A DNA stretch of 64,000 nucleotides from Octopus sinensis (Eukaryota): NCBI RefSeq assembly GCF_006345805.1, contig NC_043018.1, positions 24,056,001 to 24,120,000 on the forward strand, given 5' to 3'. The translations under genes were made by a program, and so were the position numbers. The notes beneath the pieces are model-generated. The model worked only from the letters and a program-made list of their open reading frames with translations, searched no databases and was not told where the DNA came from. Below, in pieces: positions 47,737 to 61,820 of the stretch (position 1 is the first letter of the stretch; each line of letters opens with the position of its first letter).

Positions 47737-49339
47737 ACCTTCGCCCAAAATGTTTAGTGGGCATTTCGTAAATCTTTCATGTTCTGAGTTCAAATTCCAC
47801 TGAGGTAGACTTTGCCTTTCGTCGTTCTTAGGTCGATGAAATAAGTACCAGTTGAGCACTGGGATCGATGTAATCGACTTACTCCCGCCTCCGAAATTGC
47901 TGGCCTTGTGCCAAAATTTGAGACCGACATCAGATCATGGTTTGGTAGAAATAACAGTAAAATCTACTTTATATCAGACTATATTAAAACACATGCGCAC
48001 ACACATCAGAAAACTTGATCTGGACCCCACCCAACAAAAAAAAATCCTCAAAAAAACAAAAAACAAGTGTACAAAAAGAACAACAACAACAAAAAAGTGA
48101 TGATATTAATGGAATGGCTTTCATCAGAAATATCCAGAGCCGATGTGTGGCTCTTCTCGTTAACAGAAGTTTGTGGCTTGCTGTGTTGCACATACACATG
48201 TATATGCTAAAATATAGAGAAATAACAAACGTCGATCGAATATAGAACCCAGTGCCTATGTTGAATTTATAAATCTTTATTATAATTTTCTTGAAAATAA
48301 CTGTAAAAAGTTTCACTGGCGGTTCCTTCGTTTTCAAACTGTTTCAATAAACTTACCACCGGCGATACACACATACACGCACGTACACACATATATGTTT
48401 GGTAATACAAACATGATAAAGTACACAAACTTTTAATTTTAAATTTGCAGAAGTTATAAGGATATTAGTGTCTCAAGAGTCGAGAGTTTCGTGTAATGAC
48501 ACCATACTTTGATAAGTAATACACGAAATTTTCAGCCTTCGAGTCACTTCGTAGCTACGTCGACTAAAAGTAATATATATTTGATGAAAGATCGAGCTGT
48601 TAATGATCTTAAACATATATGTTTTAAATTATTAATTGTTTAATGTATATGTATGTATGTATATACGTGTATAGATTTGGTGACAAGTTTCGCCGGTTGT
48701 AGCTTTTTCATAAAGTTTGAATTATCCAGCACTGAAAAAAATGCTACACACACACACGTATTATATATATAGATTTCTTAACTACCCACAAGGGGTTATT
48801 ATATATATATATATGTAGATATATAGATATATGTATGTGTCTGTGTGTTTGTTATGTATGCATATTTGTATGATACATATATTAAGTTTTATGTACATTA
48901 TACGGCCTGTATATATATACACACACATATTATATATATATATATACATACATGCACACACATGACCTCATCGAATGTCGCTCATTTGCGACAAAATTTG
49001 CACTGAATTGAGTTAATCATTATTGAATTTGGAAGGAAGACAGTTTTTTTTCGAAAAAAAGTAAAGTGGCGGGAAAAGAAAAATGAATGGCTTTGAATTA
49101 ACTCCCCGAAATCATTCGATGTTGGAGGAAAAAAAACCTGCCTAGTTCTCGTTAACTTAAACTTTTCACGAATGATATAAAGATTTTTATTATCATTATT
49201 AGAAAAGTAATTAAAAAGTTACCCGAAATTTATGAATATATTTGAATAATGAGATAATTTTTGAAAAATTGATTAGTGCTTGTGTTGGTGAAGGTGGGGG
49301 AAAATTATTGGCTAAAAAGAAAATGAAAGAATGAAAGGA

Positions 49340-49870
49340 AAATAGAGAATGAGAGAGAGAAGATCGAAATAAAGAGAGTGGAAGCGAGAGAGAGAGAGAC
49401 AAGGAATTAGTGTGAGATAGAGAAAGTAAGAGAAAACGCATAGCTGGAGAAAAAGTAAAACAGTAAAAGGAATGAAAGAGGAAGAAGTGAGAGCAATATG
49501 GAGGCAAAGAGGATGTGTGGACGTAAGAACGACGTAGAAAAGATAAGAAGAAATGAATGAATTAGTAAGGGAGAGGAGGAATCTGTGAGAGGGTGAAAAA
49601 AAGAAGGAAAAAAACAAGCGCTCGTGTGTTCATCATATCTATATGCTAGGCGCGTAACAAGTGGCTGCAATTTTAGGAAGTTGAGAAACAGCTGTGAAAG
49701 ATAGCCAATCAGAAGAGGCGTCTTTGGAAGAAGAAGAAAAAAGAAAGAAGAAGAGGAAGAGAAGTAGAGTTAGACAGGGAGAAGAAAGTGAAAAAAAAGA
49801 GGGTTAAGAGAAAGAAAGAAGAAACAGAGAAGTAGAGAAAGATATGAAGAAGAAAGAGAAGAAGGGAGGG
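49340..49870. repeat. GA-rich low-complexity region around the putative KPNB1 start site
   Basis: Strong purine bias on the + strand. Confidence 0.8.
49703..49712 (+). promoter_or_regulatory. CCAAT box (NF-Y type) in the putative KPNB1 promoter
   Basis: AGCCAATCAG in a CpG-retaining stretch just before a long purine-rich tract that looks like a 5' leader. Confidence 0.5.
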
Positions 49871-50386
49871 GGTTAAGGTCGGTGATGTATGTGAGTGTTT
49901 GAGGAAGGATAACTCTTCTCTTACTCACTCTGTGTGTGTGTTTCAGTAAGTCAGCCACTCAGTCCACTTATTGTTCAAAGCATCCCCACATGGGGGTCTG
50001 ACCCGAGAGGTTTTTTTTTGGCACGAAATATCAATTTTTTTTTAAAACACAACTTTTTTTTCTTGGTCCTGTTATATAAGCCTCCTGTGACAACAATTAC
50101 TGTGATTATTTGAAATAAGATTAAGCAGAAAGACAAGAGAAAAAAAAAAAAAAGCGTACTAAACTGGGTATATTAGTTGGACATTTAAAAAAAAAAAAAA
50201 TTCTGTCTGTGTCTGTCTTTTTCTCCCTCTCTGTCCCTTAACATATTAATTTGTTCTTCCTCTGGTTTAGAACGAAACTATATCAAGAAGAATCTATACA
50301 TATTATATATATAAATTATCTATATATATATAAAGAATCCGGCTAAGTAATTGAGAGGCGCATCATTCGAAAAAATCTTAACCGCC

Positions 50387-51016
50387 ATGAATCTGATTAC
50401 AGTTCTCGAGAAGACCGTTTCCACTGGTAAGAATTAAAACATTTTTAGTGATATTTAAAAAAAAGATATACACATACACAGATATCTCAGTATATCAAAA
50501 TTCTATGTGTATTTCAAATATATATTGTAACATCCATTTAAATACTTGTGATTATTTCAAAGGTTATTCCTTTATTTTATTCGATGAACACACACACACA
50601 TATACATATATATATATATATATACATATTTATATAAATCTAAACATGTATTTGAATGTATATTTTAATATATACACATCGTTTTTGTTCGCTTCTGAAT
50701 TAGTCTTTTGCGACGACGACACCACCATACCTTACCAACCGACAAGATACCGGCTACTTCAGTCAGGAAACATGGCTATTGACACACATACATGCATAGA
50801 TACGTCTATACATACATATTCGTATAGATGGAGGAAATTACTATACACATCCATTTATAAATCTGGTTTATTTATCTGTAAATTTATTAATTTATTACGT
50901 ATATAATTACAAATTGGTACATTTTCCTGCTATCCATTTTCTTTTCACACCTCCATCTCTTCAAAGACTTAGAAAGCTATTAGCTGTACAATAATCAGTC
51001 TTTGTCGGCGAAATTG

Positions 51017-51096
<80 letters not shown>

Positions 51097-51148
51097 ATGC
51101 CGACAACGTGTATTACTCATAGTAGTAGTAATATATTATGTAAGACTT

Positions 51149-51180
<32 letters not shown>

Positions 51181-51297
51181 TAATTAATTAATTTCAGATA
51201 ATGCGTGAAGATTAATTAAATATCTTTATTTTTTTCAGAAACAAGTGAGCTTGAAACAGCGCAACAATTCCTGGAACAAGCCGCTCTACAAAATCTA
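50387..51297 (+). CDS. KPNB1: Importin subunit beta-1, 5' partial (exons 50387-50426 and 51239-51297); intron 2 continues past 64000
   Basis: accgccATG Kozak; spliced MNLITVLEKTVSTETSELETAQQFLEQAALQNL matches the importin-beta N-terminus ([33 protein letters not shown]); both donors GTAAG, acceptor tttttcag; no exon 3 found by eye in 51298-64000. Confidence 0.93.
51015..51180. repeat. (TA)n/(CA)n microsatellites in KPNB1 intron 1
   Basis: Directly visible. Confidence 0.92.
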
Positions 51298-54200
51298 GTA
51301 AGTATATAGCCATATATATAACACACACATGTAAAATGTGTCTGTGTAAGCTTTGTAAATTGTAGCTTTTCAGATTTGGAGGGGAATGTGACAGGCTCGA
51401 ATCACATATCCTTATAGTTGTTTTAGTCAGACTGCGGCCATGCTGGGGCACCGCCTTGGATTTTTTTTTATATATATTCGAACGGAATCGACCCCCCAGT
51501 ACTAATTTTTTTTCAAACTTGGTGCTTATTCGATCGTTCTGTTGCGTTATATATGTGTATATATCGTGTGTGGATACGTTGTGAATCTGAGATTGACATG
51601 GAGATAAATGATTGCTATAGATATAGATAAATCGATAGCTACATAGACACACACGCACACACACATATATATATATATATATATGTAATGCGTGTGTGAT
51701 GCAGACATTGTAATAGAACTTCTTAGCGATAAAGTTACTGATAGTAACAGAGAGGGGGAGGAGGAGGCTAGTGAGAAAGAGGGAAGGGGAGAAGAAACGT
51801 GAATTGAGCGGCAGTGAGAAAGTGACAAGTAGTGATGGTGTGAGTGGAGTGACAGACGAAGGTAGAAAAGTTTAGCGAGGGGCAGAGAGATAAAGATAGA
51901 AAGGGTAGAACGTTAAACGAGTCGGTCCTATCCAATATGGCTACTGAAGGCCGATTGTTGAGGATTTAAAGGTCTAGGAAGAAACCCACTTATTAATAAG
52001 ACTAATTTAAGCATTGAGGAAATGACTTCTATTTGATCCTTTCGTCCTTTTATTTTTTTATATCGAAAGGCTTTGTTTTTTTTTTTTTTTTTCTTTTTGG
52101 CTAAATAAAAAACTAATCTTCTGTTATGTGAATGTTTGAAAAATTTTTAGTCGTTGGTTTGGTTGGTGTCTTTAATTATCGAGGTTTTCTCAGAACAGGG
52201 ATGATTGTAGTTATTGTTGCATCATGTTTATATATATACGTGTGTGTGTGTGTGTGCTTGGTTAATCGAATACTAAAATGGTTGTATGTAAATGTTCCTG
52301 CGATTCAGCCAGTCTAGCTTTTATTATTGGGGCAGTTTGATTTAAAGATAGTTTCCCCCCACTCGTGGTTTTATTTTATATTCCGGTAACGGCGTGTGTG
52401 TATGTATGTATGATGTGTGTATATATATATATATATAATATATATATATATGTATATATATTTTTTGTATATATATATATATAATGTGTTGGTATAGTGT
52501 AAAAATTCTCTCAGCACAAATGTGTTACATTTTAATCTCATAAAAATGTTCATTCTGTGCCGCCAAATTATCTTTTACATTGCTACCTTTGTATTTGCTA
52601 TTTGTTAAAAGCTTACGACAGATCTTCTGAACTGCTTTACATATGTTTGGGATTTTTTTTTCTTCTTTTTTGAAAACATTTAAATGCGAAAGGAAATCGA
52701 TATTTTCAATAAGACTTTTTTTTTTTATGATGATTTTAATGGAATTTGAATGTGATCAGTAATTATCCGCAGCAGAACGGTTTTCGGCTAAGAAGCAAAA
52801 ATTGATGGATGCATTTTACGTATGATCTGTGTCGTATATTTATGAGCCAACATTTATAGATATATGATATACACTCGTACACACACACACTATATATATA
52901 TATATATGTGTGCTGTCACACGTGTGTGGATAACTTTTCATGTTAAATTCCCAAACGCCATGTCAGAACTCGGTCCAAGAGATATAATTGTGTGTGTGTA
53001 TATACTAAGAATTGTGAAATGGCGTTTGAAATTTGACATGAAAAGTTAGACATGCTCGTGTGTGTGTGTTTCACTAGACATACCGATTAATAATTCTAGC
53101 GATAGTCTACTACAGAAAAGTGGAGGGATACAGGTTGAGGTTTTTCTGCTCTTTATTGAAAGACATTTTACTATATTGGCTGACTTACACGTGTGTGGGT
53201 GTGTTGTGCGAATATCAGACCATCGTGGAAATGGTATCCCTGTCGATTTAAAAAGGATTGTATGAAGAGGAATGATGTTCGTTACTTAGCCTGAGGCCAA
53301 CCCTAATTAGACATTCTCCGCCTAGCTACGATATATGTTCTTCCCATTTTTTTAAGACGGGGCGATTAAATTTGGTTGCTATTTCTCGCAAAAGCGGTTA
53401 CAGTGAGAGGCTATCTCGTATAGAGGAGTGGTTAGTATTAAAGTTAGTACACGGGCAAGAGTTCTATAACATGAACCGTGTTCAGCGTAATTGGTGGTGA
53501 TCGTGATAGTTTATTAATCGAAATACCATCTCTACTGCTTTTAAAAATCCTGACTAATCTGTTGCCGCCTGTTGGTGTTGGTCGTGGTAGTAGCTAGCTA
53601 ATTAACCGTCTGTTTTTTTTTCCTCCCCTTTTGTCTTTATTTCGTGAAATATTTCGGCAGATATCACATCCTCTACAGTCTAGTTCAGGTTCTGTTGTTG
53701 ATTAACGTGTACGTACGTACGTGTGTGTGTGGTCGTTACGCAGTTGTTAAAACTGAAATCTCATTCAAATCGACCGTTGAGCTATGTCGTCGGTAGTTGT
53801 AAGGTTTTATATTATTGGTGTTGGTTGTATATCATCAGTTGTGGCGGTGGTGATGATAGTGACGTTCTGATGACTATAGTAATAGTGGTAAAAGTCGTGG
53901 TGGATACACACACACACACACCGTTGAGTGCTGTTGTCGGTGGTGGTCGACACTAGCTGCTTTCCCACTTCCTCCCGCCATTCTGCATGCAATTAGCGAA
54001 ACGTTTCGACGACTTCGGGTATATTTTAGTCTGGACTCGGAACAACTCGGCTGACACCCGTTTCATACGAAAACGGATTTCGTGTTCAATTATTAACCCT
54101 TTCCCTCCTACAAATGTGTCTAAAACAAAGAGACCCTTCCTTCAACCACTTGCTATCCACTTCTCTTCGACTCTAGTTGCCATGTTCTGTCAATTGTGTT

Positions 54201-57200
54201 GTTGCAATTAAAAATTATTGTAAAACGTTGATGTAAATGATACACACACACGTATGTGTGTGTGTGTATGTATATTGTACTTTGTGCTGCTAGTACAATG
54301 GTTTAGTTTTGTAATTGTCTATAATGTGTGTCACATTTGTGACTACTGCGTGCACTGACATTTTAAAATGAATATTAATCGAGGAGGTTAGATACACGCC
54401 GGACCGATGGTTGGTCAACGACTCCCGAGTTCATATCACACTGCAGGCGTTTCTGATGTCTCGTGTGGAACTTGAAATGCTGTCTGTGTATAATTTTGGC
54501 CAGCATGTTACACATCTGATAGAGTAGACATCCTGGTTAGAAGTGTTAAAACGGTAGAATGGAATGGACTTGCTCTACATCGGCAAATAGTAATTGCAAA
54601 GAACCATTGGATACTAGCCTATCCCAAATCACCCCCCCCGGTAATTATTTTTTTTTTGAGGAAAAAAGGCAATTGATGACAAATTAAATATGGTAATTAA
54701 AGGATCGTGAAACAGTTGCTGTATTGTGGGTTAATAAAAAGAAATATTGTGGGGCAAGTTTGAAGAAGATTATTACTATAATATAATTTAGAATTCTGAA
54801 GTCACAACCTGATATTAGTTATGTAGCCAGACCAGACCCTAGTATGCTGGAGTGATAATTGATTATGCCCTGTTGTCGTTGTTGCTGTTAACTAGGTAGT
54901 TGGTTGGATTGATGTAAGCTAATTGCAGTGTTGTGGAGAGATTTCGCCTCTGAACTAACAAGCCGAATATATTTTGCTGATTCTTTGGTGTTGGTGCAAG
55001 TGATATAAGTTGCATAGACACGAGTAGAAGTTTTTGGCTGCTGACCATTAAGTGCAGTGGGTGATCACAACTACTAAGTAGCATTATTAATGCTAACTCG
55101 GAATGTCTTGCTAACTGAACACGCATACTATTCCCTTACACCCCTGTCACACAGCTAACTTTATAAACTAAAACTTATGAATCACAGTATAGGTGTTACT
55201 TTGTTAAGTGTTTCAGACAGACTACAGCCATGCTGGGGCACTGCTTCGAAGGGCTTTTAGTCAAATAAATCAACCCCTAGGTTTTTTTTTTAAGGACTGG
55301 TACATATTCTATCAGGCTCCATTTGCTGAACTGCTAACTTACAGGGATGTAAACAAACAGTTGCCATGTGGTGAGGGAACAGACACACACACACACATAC
55401 ACAGTTGGGTTTTTCCAGTTTTTCCCCACCAAATCCATTCAAGGCTTTGGTTGGCTCAGGCCTATTGTAGAAGACACTTGTCCAAAGAGACTGGAGCTAA
55501 AACCATGTGGTTGGGAAACGGACTTTTTGTCTCACAGCCATGATGGCACTTGTGTTGATGTTGGTATTTCTTTTGGTTTGGTTTGTACCATGTTTTCTTC
55601 CAGTGAGGTGTTGTATCTTGATGGTTTGTGAAATGTCTTTGCCAATAAGTCCACAACCGGTGTTAGAACTGTTATATCATAGCTTGCCAATGTTATTCAA
55701 GCAGCACCTCAAACACAATTCATCTGAGGCGGAAGCTAGCTTCAGTTCATGCCTATAACCACATTCTTAATTGATGCAGGCGTGGCTGGGTAGTTAGGAA
55801 GTTTGCCTCCCAAGCACATGGTCTCAGATTCAGCTCACTGCAATGACATCTTGGAAAAGTATCTTCTATAGCTGTCAGGGCCTACCAATGCTTTGTGAGT
55901 GGATTTGGTAGGTAGAAACTAAAAGCAGCACACTGTATCATATACATAGAGCATTTGTGCCTCCTTGTCTTGAAAGCATGATAGTTGTAAATGAATGTAA
56001 CTATCATACAAGCAGTCATTCGTTTCTGATATTCTGTGAAAACATGCTTAATTATCATTTAACATCTGTTTTCCATGCTGGCATGAGTTGGACGGTTTGA
56101 CTGGAACTAGGATCAAGGACCACACTCGGCTTCATTGTCTGTTCTGACATGGTTTCTCTATGGCTGGATACCCTTCCTAACACCAGCCACTCCACAGTGT
56201 GTACTGGGTGCTTTGTTTTTTTTAATGTGGCACCAGCACTGGTATCAATTCTGATGTAGTGGACAGGTCTTTTTGAGTACAGCAGTGCATCAGATTATCT
56301 TGGTCCTTGGTCATCTCTTTTGTAAGGCTGTGTTATGAAGAAATATTATGTTTGCTTAGAAACAGGTGAGGATTGGCAACAGAAAGGACATCCTGCCATA
56401 GAAATCTGCATCCATGAACTGACTCATGCAAGCACGGAAAAGTAGACATTAAACATTATGAATGAAAACAAGCATGTTTTATTTATATTTTTTTTCTGCA
56501 TGTATATAATAAAATAGGGCACAGTCTTAGCACTTGTTTAGGGTAGTTTGTAATATATAGTCCAACCATAAAATATGATTCCTGTTAGTCATCTTTTTGG
56601 CTTCTGAATTCCTTCAGAAATTTTGTAGCTCCTACCTGATATTCTGTTGTCATTAAGTTTCTGTAAGGACCAGCCTGATTTAGAAGTGTTGATAGTATGA
56701 GTAGTGTTCCAGATTAAATATCAAGTGTAGTAGTTGGTGAAATTGATGTCGACCTCTTAGAAGCATTGCTGTAATGATCATCCTCATTTAACATGTATCT
56801 TTCATGCTGGCTTGGGTTGGTTCAACAGGAACCAACAAGCCAGAGGCTGTACTGAGCTTCAGTGACGGTTTTGAATGGTTTTTATAACTTGTTAAAAATA
56901 TATAAGCAACTGAGGCAATATTAATAGCAACAGGTAATATTCCTTTCCATTAGTGCATTTTGCACCAAAAAGCCAATCTGAGAGTTTATCTCTAATGTTA
57001 ACTACTGCAATATAGTTCATTTCAACAGAACCTCCATATTTAAGCAAGGTTTCTATAACTGGTTACTCTTCCTACACCATTTAAGTGTACAGGGTGCTTT
57101 TACCGTGGCACCAGCATGTGCGGTTACCAAGGTCTTGAATGTGGTGGCGAGAACAGGAACAAGTGTCTTACTTAAGAGGGAGCTACATGGCTTACCCAGC

Positions 57201-57776
57201 TAGAGAGAGAGTGAGAGAGGGATGGTGAGTGTAGCCTCAATGGACAAGGTGAATATGAGAGTGAGTGAATAGGGATCAAGGAATGGAGAGGGTAGATAAG
57301 TTTGCAGGAGTTTGAAAAAGAATGTGACTGATGATTAGAGATAGGGATTAAATTGGATGCAGTGAATATCATCACTTGGGGGATGGAGAACTGAAGGAAA
57401 TAGCAAGTGGGTTGGTTAGTTACCTTCTCATCATGCCGACTCAAGGGTTAGTTTCTCAGTTTCCATGGTGTATAAATTCCCCACCTGGCTGGGACGCCAG
57501 TCCCTTGCAGGATTAACTCATTTTTGCCCGCTGAGTGGACTGGAGCAACGTGAAATGAAGTGTTTTGCTCAAGAACACACGTCCAGAAGTTGAAACCACA
57601 ACCCTATGATCAGGAGTCCAACACCCTAACCACTAAGCTATGTTCCTCCAGTGTGAAGTGGAGGGGGGATGGTTTTTATTTACTGCACCTGAGTGAGTTG
57701 TACCACCGTTACATCACATTATGAAATGGAGGCCCTATAGATGAAGCTGATATTGGCCCATCACCTTCATTTTTAA

Positions 57777-57939
57777 CTCTTTAGTATTCAGATTACTCTC
57801 AAATGTAACGCTTATGTTGTTTTGAAATTTCAATGATGTGATTGTTTTTAGAATGGCATTGTAGGGTAGATGTAAGAGGCTGGATCTGGCTGGTTTGAAC
57901 ATAAAACAGGTTGAATATTATGGTTTAAATGCTAAAGGG
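57777..57939. mobile_element. piggyBac-like MITE (family E, internally deleted)
   Basis: TTAA flanks, ends AATGCTAAAGGG. Confidence 0.75.
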
Positions 57940-58497
57940 TTAATAAAGACTGCTTTTTTTACTGCCAGTTTGAATTCAAATAACCATTTAGGGGCGAAAT
58001 GTCATTGTTTTTGTAATGAACCATTTCCCCAATCTCAGAATGGGGGTTTTCTACAATTATTATTGTCAAGTAATTTCTCGGCTGAACATAACTTGCATAC
58101 AACAGAAGCATTATCAGTGATTGAAGAGAAACTAGCAAATGTCAGACTTTTCCTGTTGATCTGCTGTCAACTTCTAACGTAGACTTGTTTGCAGTTCTTT
58201 CTACTGCACGGTTATATTTTGGACTGTAAGTCAAGCTATGAATTTTCTTGCAACCAAATTGATTTAACCAGTCCTTTGGTTGGTTGGATTCTGGTTTATT
58301 GCCTTGCACTGTCATTGGAATGTCAAATCTAGAAAACATTTAAAAAAACAAAGGCTTCAGTGCATGTAATGGCTGAGTCAACTATAATCAACACATTCCC
58401 AGTATTTATGTTATGTATCCCCAGTCTATATGTAATCTTTCCCAGAGCTGTTTATTGAGAGTACTTATCAAGTACAAGGGGTGCATTTAGCCCTTAA

Positions 58498-58715
58498 CCC
58501 TTTCGCTATTGTATTTATTTTGAGATGCTCTGATTTTCTTTCAATTACTTTAAATATAACAAAGAATTTAGTAAAATAACTTAGTTATCATTCAGCTAGT
58601 GTTAGGAACATAAATTGACTAAGGTTTGGTGGAAGATTTTAATTCAAAACTTATGGAAACAAAACATTTGTACTCAGAGCCAGAGCCAGTTTCAGCCGGG
58701 TTGGTAATGAAAGGG
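58498..58715. mobile_element. piggyBac-like MITE, second subfamily
   Basis: TTAA/CCCTTTC ... GAAAGGG/TTAA; body matches about 26170-26366. Confidence 0.75.
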
Positions 58716-61605
58716 TTAAACTGTAAAATAAAGTTCCATTGTTATTCTGGCAATGATGGTAGTAAATATCTACCAAAAAAATTCACAATACCTTAACTAG
58801 GGTCCATCATTGTCGTTTAATGTCTGCTTTCCATATTGGCATGGGTTGGACAGTTTGAGGACCAGCAAGCCAGAAGGCAGTATGTTTTTTTGTTTATATG
58901 TGTAAGAAATTGGTTATATACTTTGTGGCTGTACAGTAAGAAGCTTGCTTCTCAACTGCATAATTTGGGTTCAGTCCCACTGCATAGCACAGCCTTGGGC
59001 TGCCCAAAGCCTTGAGTGAATTTGGTAGATGGAAACTGAAAGAGGCCTGTTACATATGTATATATTGTATCCACCATTGCTTGACAACCAATATTGTGAT
59101 AGTGTCCGTAAGTTAGCAGTCTGGCAATAGAAGTACTAGGCTTACAAAGAATAAGTCCTTGAACTTTAAAACCTCTTTAAGGCGGTGCTCCAGTATGGCC
59201 AAGTCAAATGATTGAACCTGTAAAAGAATAATACACCAAATATTTTAATAAGTTTTTTAATACACTTTCTAATGTTTAATTCTAAAAATATAATAGAATT
59301 GTGTAAACATTGAATGGCTTTGAGGAGTCCATAGATGAAAAAGGGTTGAGAAACACTGGTCTAAACCACTCCTTTCTGATGCAGTTTTTTTAGTGCAAAG
59401 GTACATTCTGCTTAAAATGATCTTTTTAACCTGACATACATTAGGAAGGGCATCCAGCTGTACAAACCATGCCAAATCAGTCTGGAGTTCCCTGCAGCCC
59501 CCACTTTCCCTAGCTTGCTGGCTCTGGCCACACCTTCCAACCCATGCCAGCTTGGACAATGGATGTTAAATGATGATATCCAGTCCAAATATTCCACCTG
59601 TATTATATTCAAACTGGACAGATCTAGCCCCTCACTTCTACTCTACAATGTTATAAAAATTGTCACATTAAATTTTCAAAGCTACAAGATTATGCCTGAC
59701 TAATTCAAAACAAGGTATGTGAATAAATAAGCCATTTGTTCCCAACCTGGAGTCCACAGACCCCTGGTGATCCACAAAGGTAGTACTGGAGGTCTGTGAA
59801 CTAAATTTAAAATTTCATATATATACATAAGGATAAGCATATTAGGAGGAGTTTGTGGGGGAAAACTTGTTTAAATGAAAGTGTTGGGAACCACTGAAAT
59901 AGGCATTTCTTTAGACAGTAATCTGAATGCTAAAGGGTTAATGTTTCAAATGATTGATAATAAACAAATACTAATTAATTCCATTCTGACATAGGTGTGT
60001 CAATGTAATGAATACTATCAAACTGATATGATAATTTTGTGTATTTAAGCACACCAAAATGATTGCTGATTTTTATCTGGCATGTGAGTAATTTTGAAAT
60101 CATAGTGATAATGACAGCTTTCCTGGAAACAAATCCTTTGAAAAATGAGTTATAGCTGATAGGTATGGCTCTGTGGCTTAGAAGTTTGCTTTGCTGCCTT
60201 ATGCTTTTGCATTCAGTCCTACTGCACAGCAAGCACTTAGGACAAGCGTTTTGTAGTGCTAAGCCATCCAAAGCCTTATGAGTGGATTTAGTGGACAACA
60301 TTGGCAAGAAATTTAAAAATTTCTCTCTGCCTGTCTTAATATCGTACTAATTATAAACAAACTTGCTCAAGTGATATTGCTTGTTTGCAATCTTCTGTGA
60401 AAACATGTCCAGCTTATTGTGCCCTTTGTGCTTGAAAGACTGGTTGTTGGGGTGGATATTACCTTGCTTAGGAACATGACGAATAGCAACAGAAAAAGAA
60501 TCTGGCTGTCGAAAATCTACTTCAATGAATTTCATTCTGACTTAAGCATGGAAAAGTGGATGTTAAAATGATCCGTCTCCAGCATGAAAGATTTCCCAGC
60601 TGTAAAATGTCTTTCAACACGTATCACTGCATGAGTTCTGATATTGGATCTTGCTCCAATTGCTCAGAATCAAAGTATGACTAACATTCTGGCAGTTTTT
60701 CATTTTGAAACATTCTTGCCAGTGCAAATTCAGAAGCTGTTTTACATTAGACAGAATCTTCTCAAAACAGGTTCTTCTATCTTATAGGCTTGTTCTCAAT
60801 GTTTTCCCCATTCCTTTTTGCTGTTAGAAGAAGCTGAACTTTGTCTGCAAATTTCAGTGTTACTCTTTAGCATTCAGATTACTCTGTCAAATGTTATACT
60901 TATTTATTCATTGTTTTGAATTAATCATGCATTATCTTGTAGCTTCATGATATCAGTGGTGTTAACTTTTAGAATGACACAGTTGTGTAGGTGTGAGGGG
61001 CAAATCTGGCAGCTTTGAATGTAAAACAATGTTTAAGCCAGATATAACCATTTGAAATGCTAAAAGGGAAAACTATCAATAGTTTAATAACACCATATAT
61101 TTGGAACACATCTGTTGAATTTTGTCATAGTGTCTATGGAAAATGCATAATTAATGCATTGGGATTAATTAGCTCTTTTCAGATTGGCAATGACATCATC
61201 TCGACTCTTTTATTCTGGGTTGTTGCAGAAGCAAGTGTACAATCATGTTTATGCCATTGAGTCTCTTCTGTATGGAATCCATAGAATGTTGGGAAATGGA
61301 GCTACTATTTTTGAGACACAGCTGAAGACTATTAAACCCATTAGCATTTAAACCGGCCATATCCGGCCAAAAGTATTCTGCCTGTTTTATGTTCAAACTG
61401 GCCAGATCTGGTCTCTCACACCAACCCTACAATATCGTTTTAAAAATTAACAGCTACCTCATCAAAATCTCATAGCTACAAGATTAATGGATAAACAATG
61501 TGGATAAAGAAGCATTAACTTTGGCAGAATAATGTGAACACTAAAGGGTTAAAGACCTTTACTTTTGCTTATTGTATACATTTTCTTAGTCCTTATCCAA
61601 ATTAA

Positions 61606-61820
61606 CCCTTTAGTGTTCAGATTATTCTATCAAACACAATGCTTATTGATTCCCATTGATTTGAATTAATCATGCATTATGTCATATCTTTAAGATCTTG
61701 ATGGTGTAATTAATATAGAATAACATTGTAGGGTAGGTGTGATAGCCTGGATCTGGTCAGTTTGAACATAAAATAGATTAACTATTTTGGCCGGATATGG
61801 CTGGTTTAAATACTAAAGGG
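61606..61820. mobile_element. piggyBac-like MITE (family E)
   Basis: TTAA/CCCTTTAG ... CTAAAGGG/TTAA; further partial copies near 9950, 15814, 23760, 38630, 41280, 43100 and 60862. Confidence 0.85.

Noticed and set aside
50232-50242. U12-like branch site (TCCCTTAAC) upstream of KPNB1
   Set aside because: No GTATCC/ATATCC 5' site upstream and the AG is about 30 nt away behind a pyrimidine tract; fits a U2 intron better
52959-53049. Kozak-like cgccATG ORF (MSELGPRDIIVCVY...) in KPNB1 intron 2
   Set aside because: Short, runs through a (TG)n tract, with no suitable donor or homology
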